Below are positions 1-14,404 of a stretch of 64,000 bases of DNA, piece after piece. The DNA is from Octopus vulgaris (Eukaryota). Position 1 is the first letter of the stretch. Every line of letters begins with the position of its first letter. The DNA lies in the NCBI GenBank assembly GCA_951406725.2, contig OX597822.1:20894001-20958000 (forward strand). Direction: 5' to 3'. The notes beneath the pieces were generated by a model. The model had not been told where the DNA came from. It was given only the letters and a program-made list of their open reading frames with translations, and did no database searches. Both the position numbers and the translations under genes were made by a program.

Positions 1-1085
1 CTTTTTCAACAACAAAAATCAACATACTAGCAAAATTTTCTTCAAACCCATACAGATCTAATCAGAAAAAAAATCAAAGACAATATTACAGAATTTTACA
101 GAAAATTTCGACTTACAGAAACACTTCTTAACTATAATAACAATGATGATTCACTTGTTAAAAACAAAAGCAATTATCTTCCACTTAAAGTTAGAAATAA
201 AACACTTGACTTTTGTGACCACATTCTGAATTTCTCTCATAATGCTTTACACAAATAAAAAAAATTAACTCAAACCTCAGCACTACTGAATGGAAGAACT
301 TAATTGAATTGCAAAATGATAAAAGATTGACAATTAAAGAAGCTGATAAAGGAAGTTTGGAGGTACTGTCTATGCTAGAAAAAAAAATTCCAACTACAAA
401 ACCTTTGAAAACAATAAACGAAAAATAATGAAAAATCTTTCATTTTTTCTTCCCCTACATGCAAAAGGTCTGGTAGACAATGAAATCAGCTCTGTTACAA
501 ATTTTGATAATTAATGAACCCTGCAAAGAATCACCAGGCATATACATTAATGTCCAATCACCATTAGATTTAAAACTAAGACCCATTATAACAAGCCCAT
601 CATGTGAAACCCACTTCTTAAGCAAATTTCTTGACATTCTACTGAAGCTTCTTCTGAAATACATCAATATCTTCAATAAAGATGATCTGGATATGCTAAA
701 CCACCTCCCAAAAATCAATCAATGAAGAGACAGTCATGGTATTCTTTAAGGCCGTGAACCTATATACTAATATCTCACATGACTATTGAATTGAAGCAAT
801 CAAATTTCGATTGGTAAACTATCCGGAACTATCAGGGTACATCAACAAGGAATTTATATTTGTAGCTTTAAAATTTATCCTCTAGAACAAATACTTCTTA
901 TTTGATACCAATTATTTACTCACAAAAATCTCAATGGGAACAAATGCAGCCTCAGTTCTTGCAAATCTAGTAACAGGATATTTAGAAATGATTATATATT
1001 AAGTATCACTACAAAAATATGAATACTCATTTTACAAATATATAAGAGAGAGCTGGAAAAGACATCTGGATGATTGCTTTATACA
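1..1085 (+). pseudogene. Decayed Penelope-like retroelement reverse transcriptase fragment (runs off the window start)
   Basis: PLE RT motifs across frameshifts and stops: TIKEADKG, LKLRPII..PSCETHFLSKFLDILLK (ORF 480-725), VNLYTNI, MGTNAA, WKRHLDDCF. Confidence 0.85.
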
Positions 1086-1605
1086 TTTTAATTCTTTATA
1101 CCTTGTAATTCTTTATATTATATTGATTAAAAGTGTTTTGAAATGGCTAACACAAGCAATGAGAGCACGTTGTCCATTTCTTCAATGTATATCGGCCTTC
1201 ACGTTTTTGATTTTCTAAAGATGTATAAATAAGAAAAAGTCTCTTTTTGACCAATTTCTCATTTATTGACAAGTAAATCTTTGTAATTATGCAAACAATC
1301 AAATTTATTTATAAATCCATACAATATAACATCCACTTGTATGTTGTGTTCCCAGACACTTTAATCTAAAACTATTCAATTCACCATCAAAATCAGGGTT
1401 ATTAACTCCCTGCTTTTATTAACAACCATTGATTATCTCCCCTGAAATCTATTTGCCTTCTGATTCAGTTACAAAATATACTTCCTTCTATTAACATGGT
1501 ACGAAAACTTCTTATAATAGCATGAAATTATAACAATATCACTAAATTGTCAGTCATGATTAGCCACAAGCAAAACTGATAAAATATGAAATATTTTATT
1601 TCATA

Positions 1606-1660
<55 letters not shown>

Positions 1661-1663
<3 letters not shown>

Positions 1664-2040
1664 TTCAGCAAAAATTTAGATACAAATGAATATGGTACTT
1701 AATTTAGATGCACCAGAATTCTGTATGGTGTTATCCATAAAAATCCGTGGGGTGATTATAATCAAAATAAGCAACAAGAATGACTCCGGTAATTTGGTAC
1801 GATCGTTTCGTACTACATCAGTTTATTAAATGTTGTAAGTATTACAACAGTTTTAAAATACTGAGCACTCATCAGCCAATTATAGAGGTTTTCTATTAAT
1901 ACAAAAATTGTCATATCAAGTGGCAACATTATAGAGAAGGTAGATACATAGACAAAGATGTGGTTATAAATTTTAAGAACATTTGAGGTAGTGGAGTCCA
2001 TCAACTGACTGACTAAGATTCAGTTGTCAAACAAAATTTC
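1661..2040 (-). mobile_element. Non-coding PLE pLTR / retrozyme-like segment ending at a (TA)n tract
   Basis: Contains a complete HHR (1791-1882) and abuts (TA)n at 1660; the far boundary is approximate. Confidence 0.55.
1791..1882 (-). ncRNA. Type I hammerhead ribozyme with long stem II
   Basis: Minus strand: TTGG-CTGATGA-GTGCT...AGTAC-GAAAC-GATC-GTA-CCAA. Stem I TTGG/CCAA, stem II base GTGCT/AGTAC with apical TGTTGTAA-TAC-TTACAACA, palindromic stem III ACGATCGT. Confidence 0.85.
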
Positions 2041-2291
2041 TCTGCATTTTTCATTTTTTTATATTTTTCACTACAATTCACCACATGGAAAACATATCTT
2101 TTATCGGATTTTTCATTACACATACACACACAAACAATACACCCATGTATGTGCATCTATCTATCTATCTATTCATATATGAATAGACAGATAAACAAAG
2201 GTATATAAACAAAGTCAAACACACATACACAAGGTATATGTTGTTAGTTTGCTATTTTGAACATAGACCTTATGCATATATATATATATAT

Positions 2292-2337
<46 letters not shown>

Positions 2338-2536
2338 CATAGTAAATAGGGTAATAAAAATAAATTATTATTACCAGTGACCTAGTACAAAAGACGAATA
2401 AGTCATTAGACTATACGTTATTCATATATAAATACATTAAAAGGCTTCCAAATAAAGAAGCAAGTGCTAGATACACAAAGAGGGGATAAATTCATGAAAT
2501 GGAATGAAAATCAAAAACATTTACCATCTCAGCTAA

Positions 2537-2612
2537 TCCTGTACTGCAGTTTCGTCTTTTTTTTTAGCAAATGAATAGAATTCATCTGCCAAGGCCAAAC
2601 TCGTCAGCAGGA
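2537..2612 (-). ncRNA. Type I hammerhead ribozyme (minus-strand copy)
   Basis: Reverse complement of the 3031-3108 motif: TCCTG-CTGACGA-G...C-GAAAC-TGCA-GTA-CAGGA. Confidence 0.88.
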
Positions 2613-3030
2613 AGCCTTTATAATCCAAGCTGTACATATCGCTAGAAGCACGCGCAAATCTAACGATCTGTATACTCCAACTTTTCAGACCAGTGCGCAG
2701 ACGCAAACCATACCCGGCGAACAGAGAGGATGCCTGTAAAAATTTACGAGCAAATTTATCGAGCAATATTTAAAACATAGTAAATAGGGTAATAAAAATA
2801 AATTATTATTATTACCAGTGACCTAGCACAAAAGACGAATTAGTCATTAGACTATACGTTATTCATATATAAATACATTAAAAGGCTTCCAAATAAAGAA
2901 GCAATACCGGCATCCTCTCTGTTCGCCGGGTATGGTTTGCGTCTGCACACTGGTCTGAAAAGTTAAAGTATACAGATCATTAGAATTGCACGTGCTTCTA
3001 GCGATATGTACAGCTTGGATTATAAAGGCT

Positions 3031-3108
3031 TCCTGCTGACGAGTTTGGCCTTGGCAGATGAATTCTATTCATTTGCTAAAAAAAAAAAGACGAAACTGCA
3101 GTACAGGA
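3031..3108 (+). ncRNA. Type I hammerhead ribozyme (plus-strand copy)
   Basis: Stem I TCCTG/CAGGA, core CTGACGA at 3036-3042, stem II GTTT/AGAC with hairpin TTGGCAGATGAAT-TCT-ATTCATTTGCTAA, GAAAC at 3092-3096, palindromic stem III ACTGCAGT, GUA cleavage after 3103. Confidence 0.9.
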
Positions 3109-3208
3109 TTAGCTGAGATGGTAAACGTTTTTGATTTTCATTCCATTTCATGAATTTATCCCCACTTTGTGTATCTAGCACTTGCTTCTTTATTTGGAAG
3201 CCTTTTAA

Positions 3209-4602
<1,394 letters not shown>

Positions 4603-4893
4603 AAAAATAATAGTTATCGCCATACTAATATGGCATTCTTATAAAAATAAGAATAAGCTGTCCGCTTATTAGCTCCATGAGGCCATCGCCTTAAGTTAGC
4701 TATTTGATACACAAACTGTATCCATATAACCTTCGAACAAGGGAGGTCAGTCGCTCCACACTACTTGACCGGCAGCTACAGACGCGTTTCGGGGTATTGC
4801 CCCTTTTCAATGCAGCGTAGCCAGCCAGTAGGTGTCGCTTCCGACAATCTCTGTTCGATGGTTTTATTTACCTAGTTTCGGTGGAATACATCC
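4603..4893 (-). mobile_element. About 290-bp non-coding HHR-bearing element between (TA)n tracts
   Basis: Island of higher GC with CpGs, bounded by TA repeats, containing the HHR at 4775-4816. Confidence 0.65.
4775..4816 (-). ncRNA. Minimal type I hammerhead ribozyme with U3-A8 core variant
   Basis: Minus strand: GCTGCA-TTGAAAA-GGGG-CAATA-CCCC-GAAAC-GC-GTC-TGTAGC. Six-bp stem I, four-bp stem II, palindromic stem III ACGCGT, GUC cleavage triplet. Confidence 0.8.
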
Positions 4894-6240
4894 ATATATA
4901 TGTGTGTATATATATATATGTATATATATGTATGTATGCATATATATATGTGTGTATGCATATATATATTTGTATGTATATATGTATATGTATGCATATA
5001 TTTATGACTGTCCATGACCTCATCTCGTCCTCTCGTCTCCCCCACACTGCATCCAACCTAATTGTGCAAACCCCACGCACCCCCACCATTTACTTCCTCC
5101 CCAAAATCCACAAACCCAACAACCTTGGCCGCCCCATCGGCTATGTTGAGGCCCAAATATTCTCTAATTTCACTGGTCCCACTCCTGAACTATACGGTCG
5201 TTACATTGACGACATTATCGGTGTCACCTCACTCTCCTGTGAACATCTAGATTCCTTCCTCTCTTTCGTTCAATCCTTTTCCATCCAGCCCTCCACTTCA
5301 CCTCCACTATCTCCAACACCTCTGTCTCCTTCCTCGACATTTCGGTCAGCATTCATCACTCCACTCTTACCACCTCCATTCACTACAAACACACAGACTC
5401 ACACTCATACCTAAACTTCTCTTCCTCCCACCCAAAACACACCAAGCTTTCCATCCCCTATTCCCAATTCCTCCGTCTACGTAGGCTCTGTAGTGACGAC
5501 CATGACTTTGAGACTCAGTCTCAACGCATGGCTCACCACTTCATCCTACGTGGATACCCCCTCACTACTATCCACACCGCCCTTGCCAGAGCACGTTCCG
5601 TAGACCGTGCTTCTGCTCTCTCCCCCCCGAACCCGCCCTGTAGTCTCCCGCCTCCCTTTTCTCCTCACTTACCACCCCACGACCCTACCTCTCCAACGCA
5701 CCATTCTTCGAGCTTTCTGGCATCTCCAGTCCGACCCGTCCACTTCACACCTCTTCCCTAACCGACTCCGCCCCTCCTTCAAACGAGCCCATAACCTACG
5801 AGACCTTTTGGTCCACAGCTCCTTCCCTGACCCTACCTCCCAACCTGGCCCGTTCCCCTGCTCCCACCCACGTTGCCGCACTTGCCCTTACCTCTCCAAC
5901 ACCACCCTCCTCACTGGCACCCATCATCGACCCTATCGCATCATCAACTTCTTCACCTGCACCTCCAGCAATATCATCTATTGCATCTCTTGCTCTCTCT
6001 GCCATTCCTTGTACATCGGACAAACGGGACGCCGCTTCGCTGACCAGTTCGCGGAACACCTCCGTGACATCCGCCTTGCCAACGACACACTGGTCTCACG
6101 CCATTTCCGCTCCACCAGTCACTCCTTGCAACACCTGTCTGTGTTCGGTTTGTCCTTGCACAGAGGCCATCCGGATTCCTGTTTGCGCCGTGAACAGAAA
6201 TTAATCTTCTCTCTTCGCTCTTTTACGCCATTTGGTCTCG

Positions 6241-6712
6241 ACTCTCCCCCCTCCTCATCTAACCCCCCTCTCCCCCCTCCTCATCTAACCTCCCCCGACC
6301 CCTACTTCTCTTCAGTCCTTCATCCTTTCACCCCTACTCTCTTTCCCTCCTCTTCCCTTCTTCCCTCTTCCCCTTCCCTCTTTCTCTCTGCTCCCTCACT
6401 CCACTTCTCTCTCCCCCCTCTCTATCCTCCCTCCTCCTCTCCTTCCTGCTCCCCTTCACCCTCCTCCCCCTCCTCTTTCATTCTCCCCCTCCACCCTCCA
6501 CCCTCATCTCATCTCACCCACACCTCCTCGTTCTTTCCTTCTCTCCCCTCTCACCCTCTTCACTCTCACCTTCTCCCTCCTCCCTCCTCTTCTCTTTCTT
6601 TCCCCCTCTTCCCCTCCTCCTTCCCTTCCCCCTCTTCCTCCCTCCCCTCCCCTCCCCCCTCATCTCTCCTCTCCTCTCTCTCCCCATCCCCTCCCCCTCA
6701 TCCCCTCTCCCT
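6241..6712. repeat. Polypyrimidine (C/T) low-complexity tract inside the PLE 3' region
   Basis: Seen directly; gives the P/S-rich tail of ORF 5607-6728. Confidence 0.9.
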
Positions 6713-6981
6713 ACACTACACCATATGACATTACACATCGCATCATACATACATGCACACGTCCAGACCTCTCATACGCACTACATACTCTCTCATACAC
6801 ACACACACCCTTATGTTGGGGCGTGGTCATTTGACCCTATTATCTCCCCTATTTTCGCTCTTGCGTCTCATGTTTGATCTTTGACTTCTGGCCGGAATCA
6901 GATCGCCATGTTGATTCGCTAGCTTCTGAACGCATTTTTTTTTTCTCTCCTTGTTTCTCTCCGTGTTTCTTTTCTGTGTAA

Positions 6982-7017
6982 CTTTCTGTTGAAGAGCGTA
7001 GGCTCGAAACGTAAAAG
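6982..7017 (+). ncRNA. Minimal hammerhead-like motif with non-canonical core (CUGUUGA)
   Basis: CTTT-CTGTTGA-A-GAGC-GTAG-GCTC-GAAAC-GTA-AAAG. Stem I CTTT/AAAG, stem II GAGC/GCTC, loopless palindromic stem III ACGT; sense to the PLE. Confidence 0.7.
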
Positions 7018-10000
7018 ACTTGTTTTATTTATATTCCTGAGCGCCATACTAATACAATTGTTTGTTTGTATTCCACCTGCCTTCGTCTTTTGTTTATTTT
7101 CATAAAGCTTCCCGTTATATATATATGTATGTGTATATATGTATGTGTGTGTATATATATGTATATATTGTATGTGTGTGTGTGTATCTATATATCTATA
7201 TATAATATATATGTATGTATATGTATATATATATATCTGTATGTATGTAAATATATACACACATATATGCATGCATAACTGTGTTAACATGTAGTTCATT
7301 TTGTTGCTTGTAATTCTATAAGGCAACAATATCATTTTCTAGCTGTGTGCTTTCAACAAGTGTAATATGTAAAAACCTCTTGCTTAAAAAGCAAGTAAAA
7401 TTTTGTGACAGGAAGGACATATTGCTGTGAAGCAATGCCTCTATAATGTTTCAATCCATGAATCCATGCTGGTATAAAAGAAAAACAGATGTAAAACAAA
7501 TGAACAATATATACATACATGCACAAAATCAAATATATATATCTTGGCTTGTGGTAACCTTTTTTTTTTTTTGATGAATATTGATTTGAACATTTGAAAA
7601 TAAATTTGGTTGAGCAGATTTATGTTATATTTTTTCGAAAACTTGTATCCACTTGAATCTACTTCTTTATAGCTAAAGGCAGATCAAAAATTAAACTATG
7701 AATGCCATATTTTTCTGACTTTTCAAGTGTTCCACAATGCACAACCTTTCAAGTGAGTCTTTCTCAAAAATTCATTCAATTTCTTTAAATTTTTATGAAT
7801 ATTTTGAAAAAAAATATGTGTGCCATGGTTGAAAGCAGCACAATGTTTGGTGACATGCAGTGTTGGAGAGATTCTGCCTGCCCAGGCAAATACGATAAAA
7901 TGAATGTTAAAATAGTAGTGATGGCGGATGGGAGATCTGCTACAGGAATCACCCACTAGCTACAGTTTCAAATTTCTATCTACTGTCTCTCTATCATCCG
8001 CCCTCCTTCACTGACTTTCTCTTATATTCACTGTACTATGCTGCCACTGTAACTTAGATTACCATTAACTCTCTCTCCTATTTACTCTATAATGTTTCCT
8101 GTGTAAAGATGTCCTTAGGTCTATCCAACACACTCCTCTCACTGTGCCACAATACCCATATAATGGAAGATTGGACTAGAGCTATCTCTACTCAATCCTA
8201 CTTACCTTTATCCTGTACTTAATGCACTCACTCATCACTCTTTTTGTACTATCAACACATCCTCTCACCTTTACTCCTTCCCTCTCACCACAATCACTGT
8301 GTTTCCACCATCAAATTCTTGTTTTCTTCATACCCGTCCATTCCGGTTTTCTTCTGGTAACACTCTGCTATTCACACTCTTGTTGCATTGAGTGAAGAGA
8401 CACAGGATATAGAAGCGAGAACTATTTTGTCTTATGGGGTAGAAAGTATTGTCGCTAATACTGGTGCCATGTTAAAATGCACACAGTGTTCTTTGTAAAG
8501 TGGTAAGAGATTGGAGACAACATAGGAATTATTTTGCACAAAACAAATACCACAAAGTATTTTTATTTGAAAGCACAAGTTTAGCAGTTTTGCCATGAAT
8601 GAACAGAGAGTGAGAGAGAGAGAGGGGGGAGAGAGTGAGAGAGAGAAAGAAAGAGAGAGAGAATTTCTATCTACTAAATTCTACTCGTAAGGCACTGATC
8701 AACCTGAAGCTATGTTAGTAGATATTTGCTCTAAGTGCTGCGTAGTGGAATAAAGTCTAAAGCCACTTGATTATGAAACAAGTACCTTAACCCTGCAGCC
8801 TTGGCCTATAGCTTGTCTTCTAAATTTTTCTCTCCTTTATCCCCTTTCATCGTGTCCCCTGAAATCTTTCTTTTGCTTTTCTTGCCATTCAAAATGATTT
8901 CCCAACTACACAAACATAACAGAATATAATCAATGATTTTTCATGCATCTAAATATCAGCTACACCCACCTCTTGCCCCCCCCCCCCCCCACCACCAAAA
9001 GAAAAAAATTGACCAAAATATAATGAACTGCATGTATTCCAAACCTTGCATCTCAAACATTCCTGCTCTGCTTTTTCACCTCCTTTGCTCGCTACTCCTC
9101 TTTAGCAAATTCACTACCTTTTAACCAATACCATCACCTCTTCCGCTACTGCTGCAACCACCACCACCACCACTACCACTACTGTCATCTCCACAATTCA
9201 TGACTGCTGTCACCCATACAGCCACCACATCATCACTACCATTATTGAAATTATCACCAATACTATGTTTTTGTATATTTTTCCCCCAAGATCTTTCATA
9301 TACTTCTGATCATCACAACCACTAAACACAACTACAACCATCGCTGCGACAACCACCACTGCTGCCACTGCCACCAACACCACCACCATTTCAAGTCCTA
9401 TCTTCACCATCACCAATGCCATCAATACAAGCTATGTTATCACCACAACTACCATTACTTCAACTCCCACCATCAACACCAACACAATCACCACCACTAA
9501 CATTTTATAATCATCATCTTCCATATTGCACCACTTCCTACATCATATTCACAATTTCCATACATCCCTTCAGGGAGGTTTCATTATTTGTTTATTTACC
9601 ATTTGTTACAATCGTTACCCCACTTCTCACCTCACCTCTCCCCACCAACACCTTCCTGCTTCACTTTGTTTATTTCATTCTGCCATATTCACTCCTCCTT
9701 CTCAGTCCCACCTGCCTTCTGCCTTCATCACTGGCTCTCTTCTTCATTTCCTGTCCTAAATGCTGCAATTAAATTCCCACGGATTAATTTCTATAATTTT
9801 CTCATCTTGTTCTTCCGGTTCATCTTTTACGTTGTCTTTACTACGGTTGCTGTTGTTATTGTTAATATTGCTGTTCGCTTTTTATTCCAATGCTTTTTCT
9901 TCTTATCTATGTTTTTTCTTCGTAAACCATTTTTTCCATTGATTTTTCTTTATCCTCTACAGTTTCCTCTCTTATTTTTCATACTTTCAGTTCACACATC

Positions 10001-10933
10001 TTTCTGTTTTCTTTCTTTTTACTCTTCAGTTTCTTCTTTCTCTTTTTTGCTATCTTTTTCTTAATTCTTTGATTTTAAACACTATTTTAACTGTTGAATT
10101 TCACTGATTTAAAAAATTTTCTTTCAATTTCTTTGTCTTTGTTTTTGTCATTTTTTTTTCTGCTAGGCATGTTTTTTAGTTGTAGTTTTCACTTTTGTTT
10201 ATATTTTTATTTCCATTTCTGTTATTTCTATTACTTTTTGCATGGGACAAAATATTTTTGAATATTAATTCTTAGCTCTTTATATTTTCCCAAATAAATT
10301 TCAATTCCATTCCCACCAACCCAACTCTATATTACCATTCCATACAAGCAGGAATTGAATGAATTATTACTCATTTACATTTCGTTATTTCCTTGCAATT
10401 TCATCTTTATTTTTTTCTTTAATATCTGTCTCCATCACACTAGAGGTAGAAAGTTACTGTTAAATGGATTCCAGCCAAATTTAGAGAGAATTTTATTACT
10501 CATTGGCTTGGACTGAAATTAGAACTCAAGCACAAAAATAACAAAAACCCCAAAAAGTTTCCTTCTTTAATAAAATTACATTCTCAATAGTTATTGAAGT
10601 CTTGTATATGAGCCAAATTATGATGGATCACATAAACAGGCTAAAGTGGTAGTAGCCATGTAGATAGAACAAAACTATTATTTGCTTCTTAACAGCTTTG
10701 AATCTTATATTTTTAAAAATATTTTTATATCTTATATCTCCTGTGCCATTCTTCTGTGGTTTAAAGAATGTATTTTTAAAGACAGATTTTTTTCTATCAG
10801 TACCCAGTCAGCTGTAAAGTAAGAGTTAAACCTGTTTTCTGTTCAGTCAGACAAGATGAAATAAGCTTAATTAGGTACCTTAATCAAAGGCACAACACAA
10901 CAGTAAAGTTTGAACCTATGATCAATTCCATTA

Positions 10934-12154
10934 TATCAGGCTGAGTAAAAAGTAAGCAATGTTTTGAAACAGAAAATTCATCACAATATATTTAAACAAT
11001 GTGGAAATTTTATTCATCAAAGTACCATTACAATCAACACATTTTTGCTAATGAGTTACAAATTTGTTTATTCTAGTAACATAAAAATCTGGAGTTCTGG
11101 AGGTGATGAAATCTTTGAACTTAGTTTCAGCATTGGTTTGATTTTTGAACTCCTTCTCTCACAGGAAACCATCAAGGTGCTTGAAAAAGTGGTAGTCAAT
11201 CAGAGAAAGGTCTGGGGAATAAGCTGCGTGGAGAAGAACTTCATAGCCAAGTTCCCTTAACTTTTGGAGCATCATTAGTGAAGCATGCGATTGAGCATTG
11301 TCATGAAGAATGACCAACCCCCTTCTGTTGACCAGTCAGGGATGGAGTAGCAGTTTTTCATTCATTTTGGCAATTTCATGGCAATATGTTTCTGCAGTAA
11401 TGGCTTTTCTGGGTTTTAAGAAGTTATAGTGGATGAGTCGAAGGTTTTCAGTGCTTCATTTTGGTCCAACCACTGTGAAGAACATTTTTCTATTATTGTA
11501 CAGAATCCACTTTTCATCGCAAGTTACAATAAGTTGAGAAATGGATCAGTCTGGATCAGAAGAAGGGACAAACAAATTTCATGTCTGCGCATTTTCTGAT
11601 TTTCATTCAAATTGTGTAGTACCCGTTTGTCAAGCTTTTTTGATTTTCTGATTGCATGCAAATAGTTGCAGGTAGTTTTCTGACTAACTTGAAGTTCTTT
11701 TGCCAGTTCTCAAGTAGTTTTACATGGATCTTTCTCAATGTCTGTCTTTAATTGATTATCATCAATGACTGATGGGCGTCCAGTATGCTCACAATCTTCA
11801 AGGCTCAGGTCTCCACTACAAAATTGTTTAAACCATTTAAGAGCTGAACACTCACTAATAATTTCCTCACCAAGTGTTTCTTGTATATTGCAAGCAGTTT
11901 CAGCTGCTCTACATCCCTTCTTTTCAAGTTGAACAGCAAAATTGCTCAAATATCATGCTTTGGCAGTTTCATCTCAGGTGATTGTAACAATGGGGGAAAA
12001 AAATATCAATCTTAATTTATTGATACATTTGGGCAAGTCTATGTCTGTATTATCAGACAATTTCAAAAAATATTTAAAAAATTCAAAACTCTGCAAAAGT
12101 CAGTACAAACTTTTCATGGTTCAAACCATTGCTTACTTTTTACTCAACCTGATA
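10934..12154 (-). mobile_element. Full-length decayed mariner transposon
   Basis: TIRs TATCAGGCTGAGTAAAAAGTAAGCAATG / CATTGCTTACTTTTTACTCAACCTGATA with TA on both sides; HTH region (ORF 11710-11949, KWFKQF..GD.SLED..HTGRPS), HDNA and YSPDL motifs broken by stops and frameshifts. Confidence 0.93.
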
Positions 12155-13631
12155 TATTGTGTAGTCACAATATATAGATATTTTAACCGCATATATGTAA
12201 TTTGTCAACATAAAGTATAACCATAGTAAATGGAAATAGAACCAATTCCTTAGAATCTAGTGAGAGCCTGCATTATCAAACTTCAGTAAATAAAGTTTGT
12301 CTCTCTTCATGGCATAAAGATTATTCTAATTTGCAAACACTAATGACAATAAATTATATTAAATTGAACTGAATTAAATGCATGTATGTAAATATGTATG
12401 TGTGCATATGTATGTTTGTGTGCATATATGTGTATCTGTGTGTATGTACCTGTGTGTATGTGTGTCTTAACAACAGTAAATAAATATTCTGGTACCATTA
12501 TTTCTTCCAATCTCAGGATTAACTGTAATTTCCTCTCCTTTCTACACTACCAACTCAACAAACGACCCCTGGTGACTTCCTTGACAAGTGTTCTATGATT
12601 GACATGGAATTCTCATGGGAGAATACAAAGATGGTTTCCTGTTACTTCTTTGGATATTTTTACGAGACACCAGCTTGCTGGCTAGATACAGACAAGGCTG
12701 TCACAACTGCCTGAGCACACAGAATGTAAAGAGCTGGAACAAATATGCAAAGCATTTTGTTTAATACATTAACAACTCTGCCAGTCTACTACTCTGTACT
12801 GGTGCTTTAATTTATCAGCCACTGAGCGATGAAAGGCAAAGTTGGTCTGGGTGGGATTTCAATTCAGAATGTAAAGAGCCATGATAAATCTTGAAAGCTA
12901 TTTTGTCTAATGCTCGACTGATTTTGCAGGTTCACTACAATCACTTGCTGATTCATAACGTTCTTCTGCCAATTCACCATTCATTGCATTCATCTGCCAA
13001 TCTGCTGCCTTAATATAATTATAAAATGCAATAATAGCATTTTTCTATTGAACATTATTTCTCATTCTAAAATTAATACTTTAAAAAAAATTCAAAGAAT
13101 TCTTTTTTGCCTACTTATTTACTATAAATGTATCACAAAAGCTAAGGCATGCTATTGAAACATGACAGAAAGAGTGGGGGTTCTTTCTCTCTTATGCAAA
13201 ATATTACTAGTTTACCTTTGATAAGACAACACAAGAAACGTGCTAAAAATGACAAAATATCTCATATTACCCCACTCTTCATATGTTACTAAAGAGGCTA
13301 CTTATTCCTTGATACCTTCTTAGTATTTCAAAGGGCAAATTTTCCCTAAACAGAGTGCACTATCGTTGAGTAATAGATGAATTGAGACTCTTTATTTTCA
13401 TATACTAGCATCTGTCAGCAATACAGCCCCTAGCTATACACTTACCTATTTTAACTTTACTAACCAAAAAGCATAAAAGTGGCAAATTGTCAAAATTATG
13501 AGAGTGTTGTATAGAATGCCTTGTATTTGTTCTAACATTCTGCATTCTGACTTCGAATCGCACCAAGGCTTATTTTGTCTTCCATACTTTTGAACTGATA
13601 AAAAAGTTTAAAAACATATCAAATTTGGGGT

Positions 13632-13968
13632 GGTGAAGGCACATGGCCCAGTAGTTAGGACGTCAAGCTTACGATCGTGAGGTTGTGAGTTAGAATCCCG
13701 GACTGGGCTGCGTGTTGTGTTCTTGAGCAAGACACTTTATTTCATGTTGCTCCAGTTCACTCAGCTGTAGAAAGGAGTTGCAACATCACAGGTGCCAAGG
13801 TGTATTGGTCATTGTGCTTCCCTTGGTTAACACTGGTGGTGTGGAAAGGGGAGGCTGGTATGCATGGGCTACTGCTGGTCTTCCATAAACAACCTTGCCC
13901 AGACTTGTACCTGGGAGGGTAACTGTCTAGGTGCAATCCCACGGCCAGTCATGACCAAAGGGAGTCTC
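13632..13968 (+). mobile_element. tRNA-derived SINE
   Basis: A-box-like TGGCCCAGTAG, B-box-like GAGTTAGAATCC, and a central TTGAGCAAGACACTTTATTTC block shared with the 24618-24943 copy. Confidence 0.8.
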
Positions 13969-14366
13969 AGGATTGGCAGAACTGTTAGAGGGTCAGGCAA
14001 GATGCCTTAGAATATTTGAACTGACTCTCTGTGTACTGACTGCAATAACTGTGATAACACTGTAACATTGTACCAAGTTATACAGGTGCAAGTCATAAAA
14101 GGCTAAGGCATGCTATTGAAACATGCTATTTGGTGGTGTGGGGGCTTCTTTCTCTCTCATGCAAAATATTTATTTACTATAAATGTATCACAAGAAACCT
14201 GCTAAAAATGATAAAATATCCCATATTAACCCCGCTTCATGTGTTATTAAAGAATAATGGTGGCCATACACGGGGTAAACTTGCATGCATGGACAATTGT
14301 CAATCTTTCTCAAATGATCTTTTGAAGGAAGTGCCTCAACATATAATGATCCAATTATTGAAACCA

Positions 14367-14404
<38 letters not shown>

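Larger units (their letters stand above)
5005..7116 (+). mobile_element. 5'-truncated, internally deleted Penelope-like element (Neptune-type): RT, Cys linker, GIY-YIG, CT-rich tract, HHR-bearing 3' end
   Basis: YFLPKIHK..GRPI, GRYIDD, YKHTDSHSYL, IPYSQFLRLRR, PCSHPRCRTCPY linker, NIIYCISCSLCHSLYIGQTGRR (GIY-YIG); ends at (TA)n. Confidence 0.92.

Noticed and set aside
9416-10064. Overlapping hydrophobic or Pro-rich ORFs
   Set aside because: Low-complexity CAC/CT/T-rich sequence with no recognisable motif.
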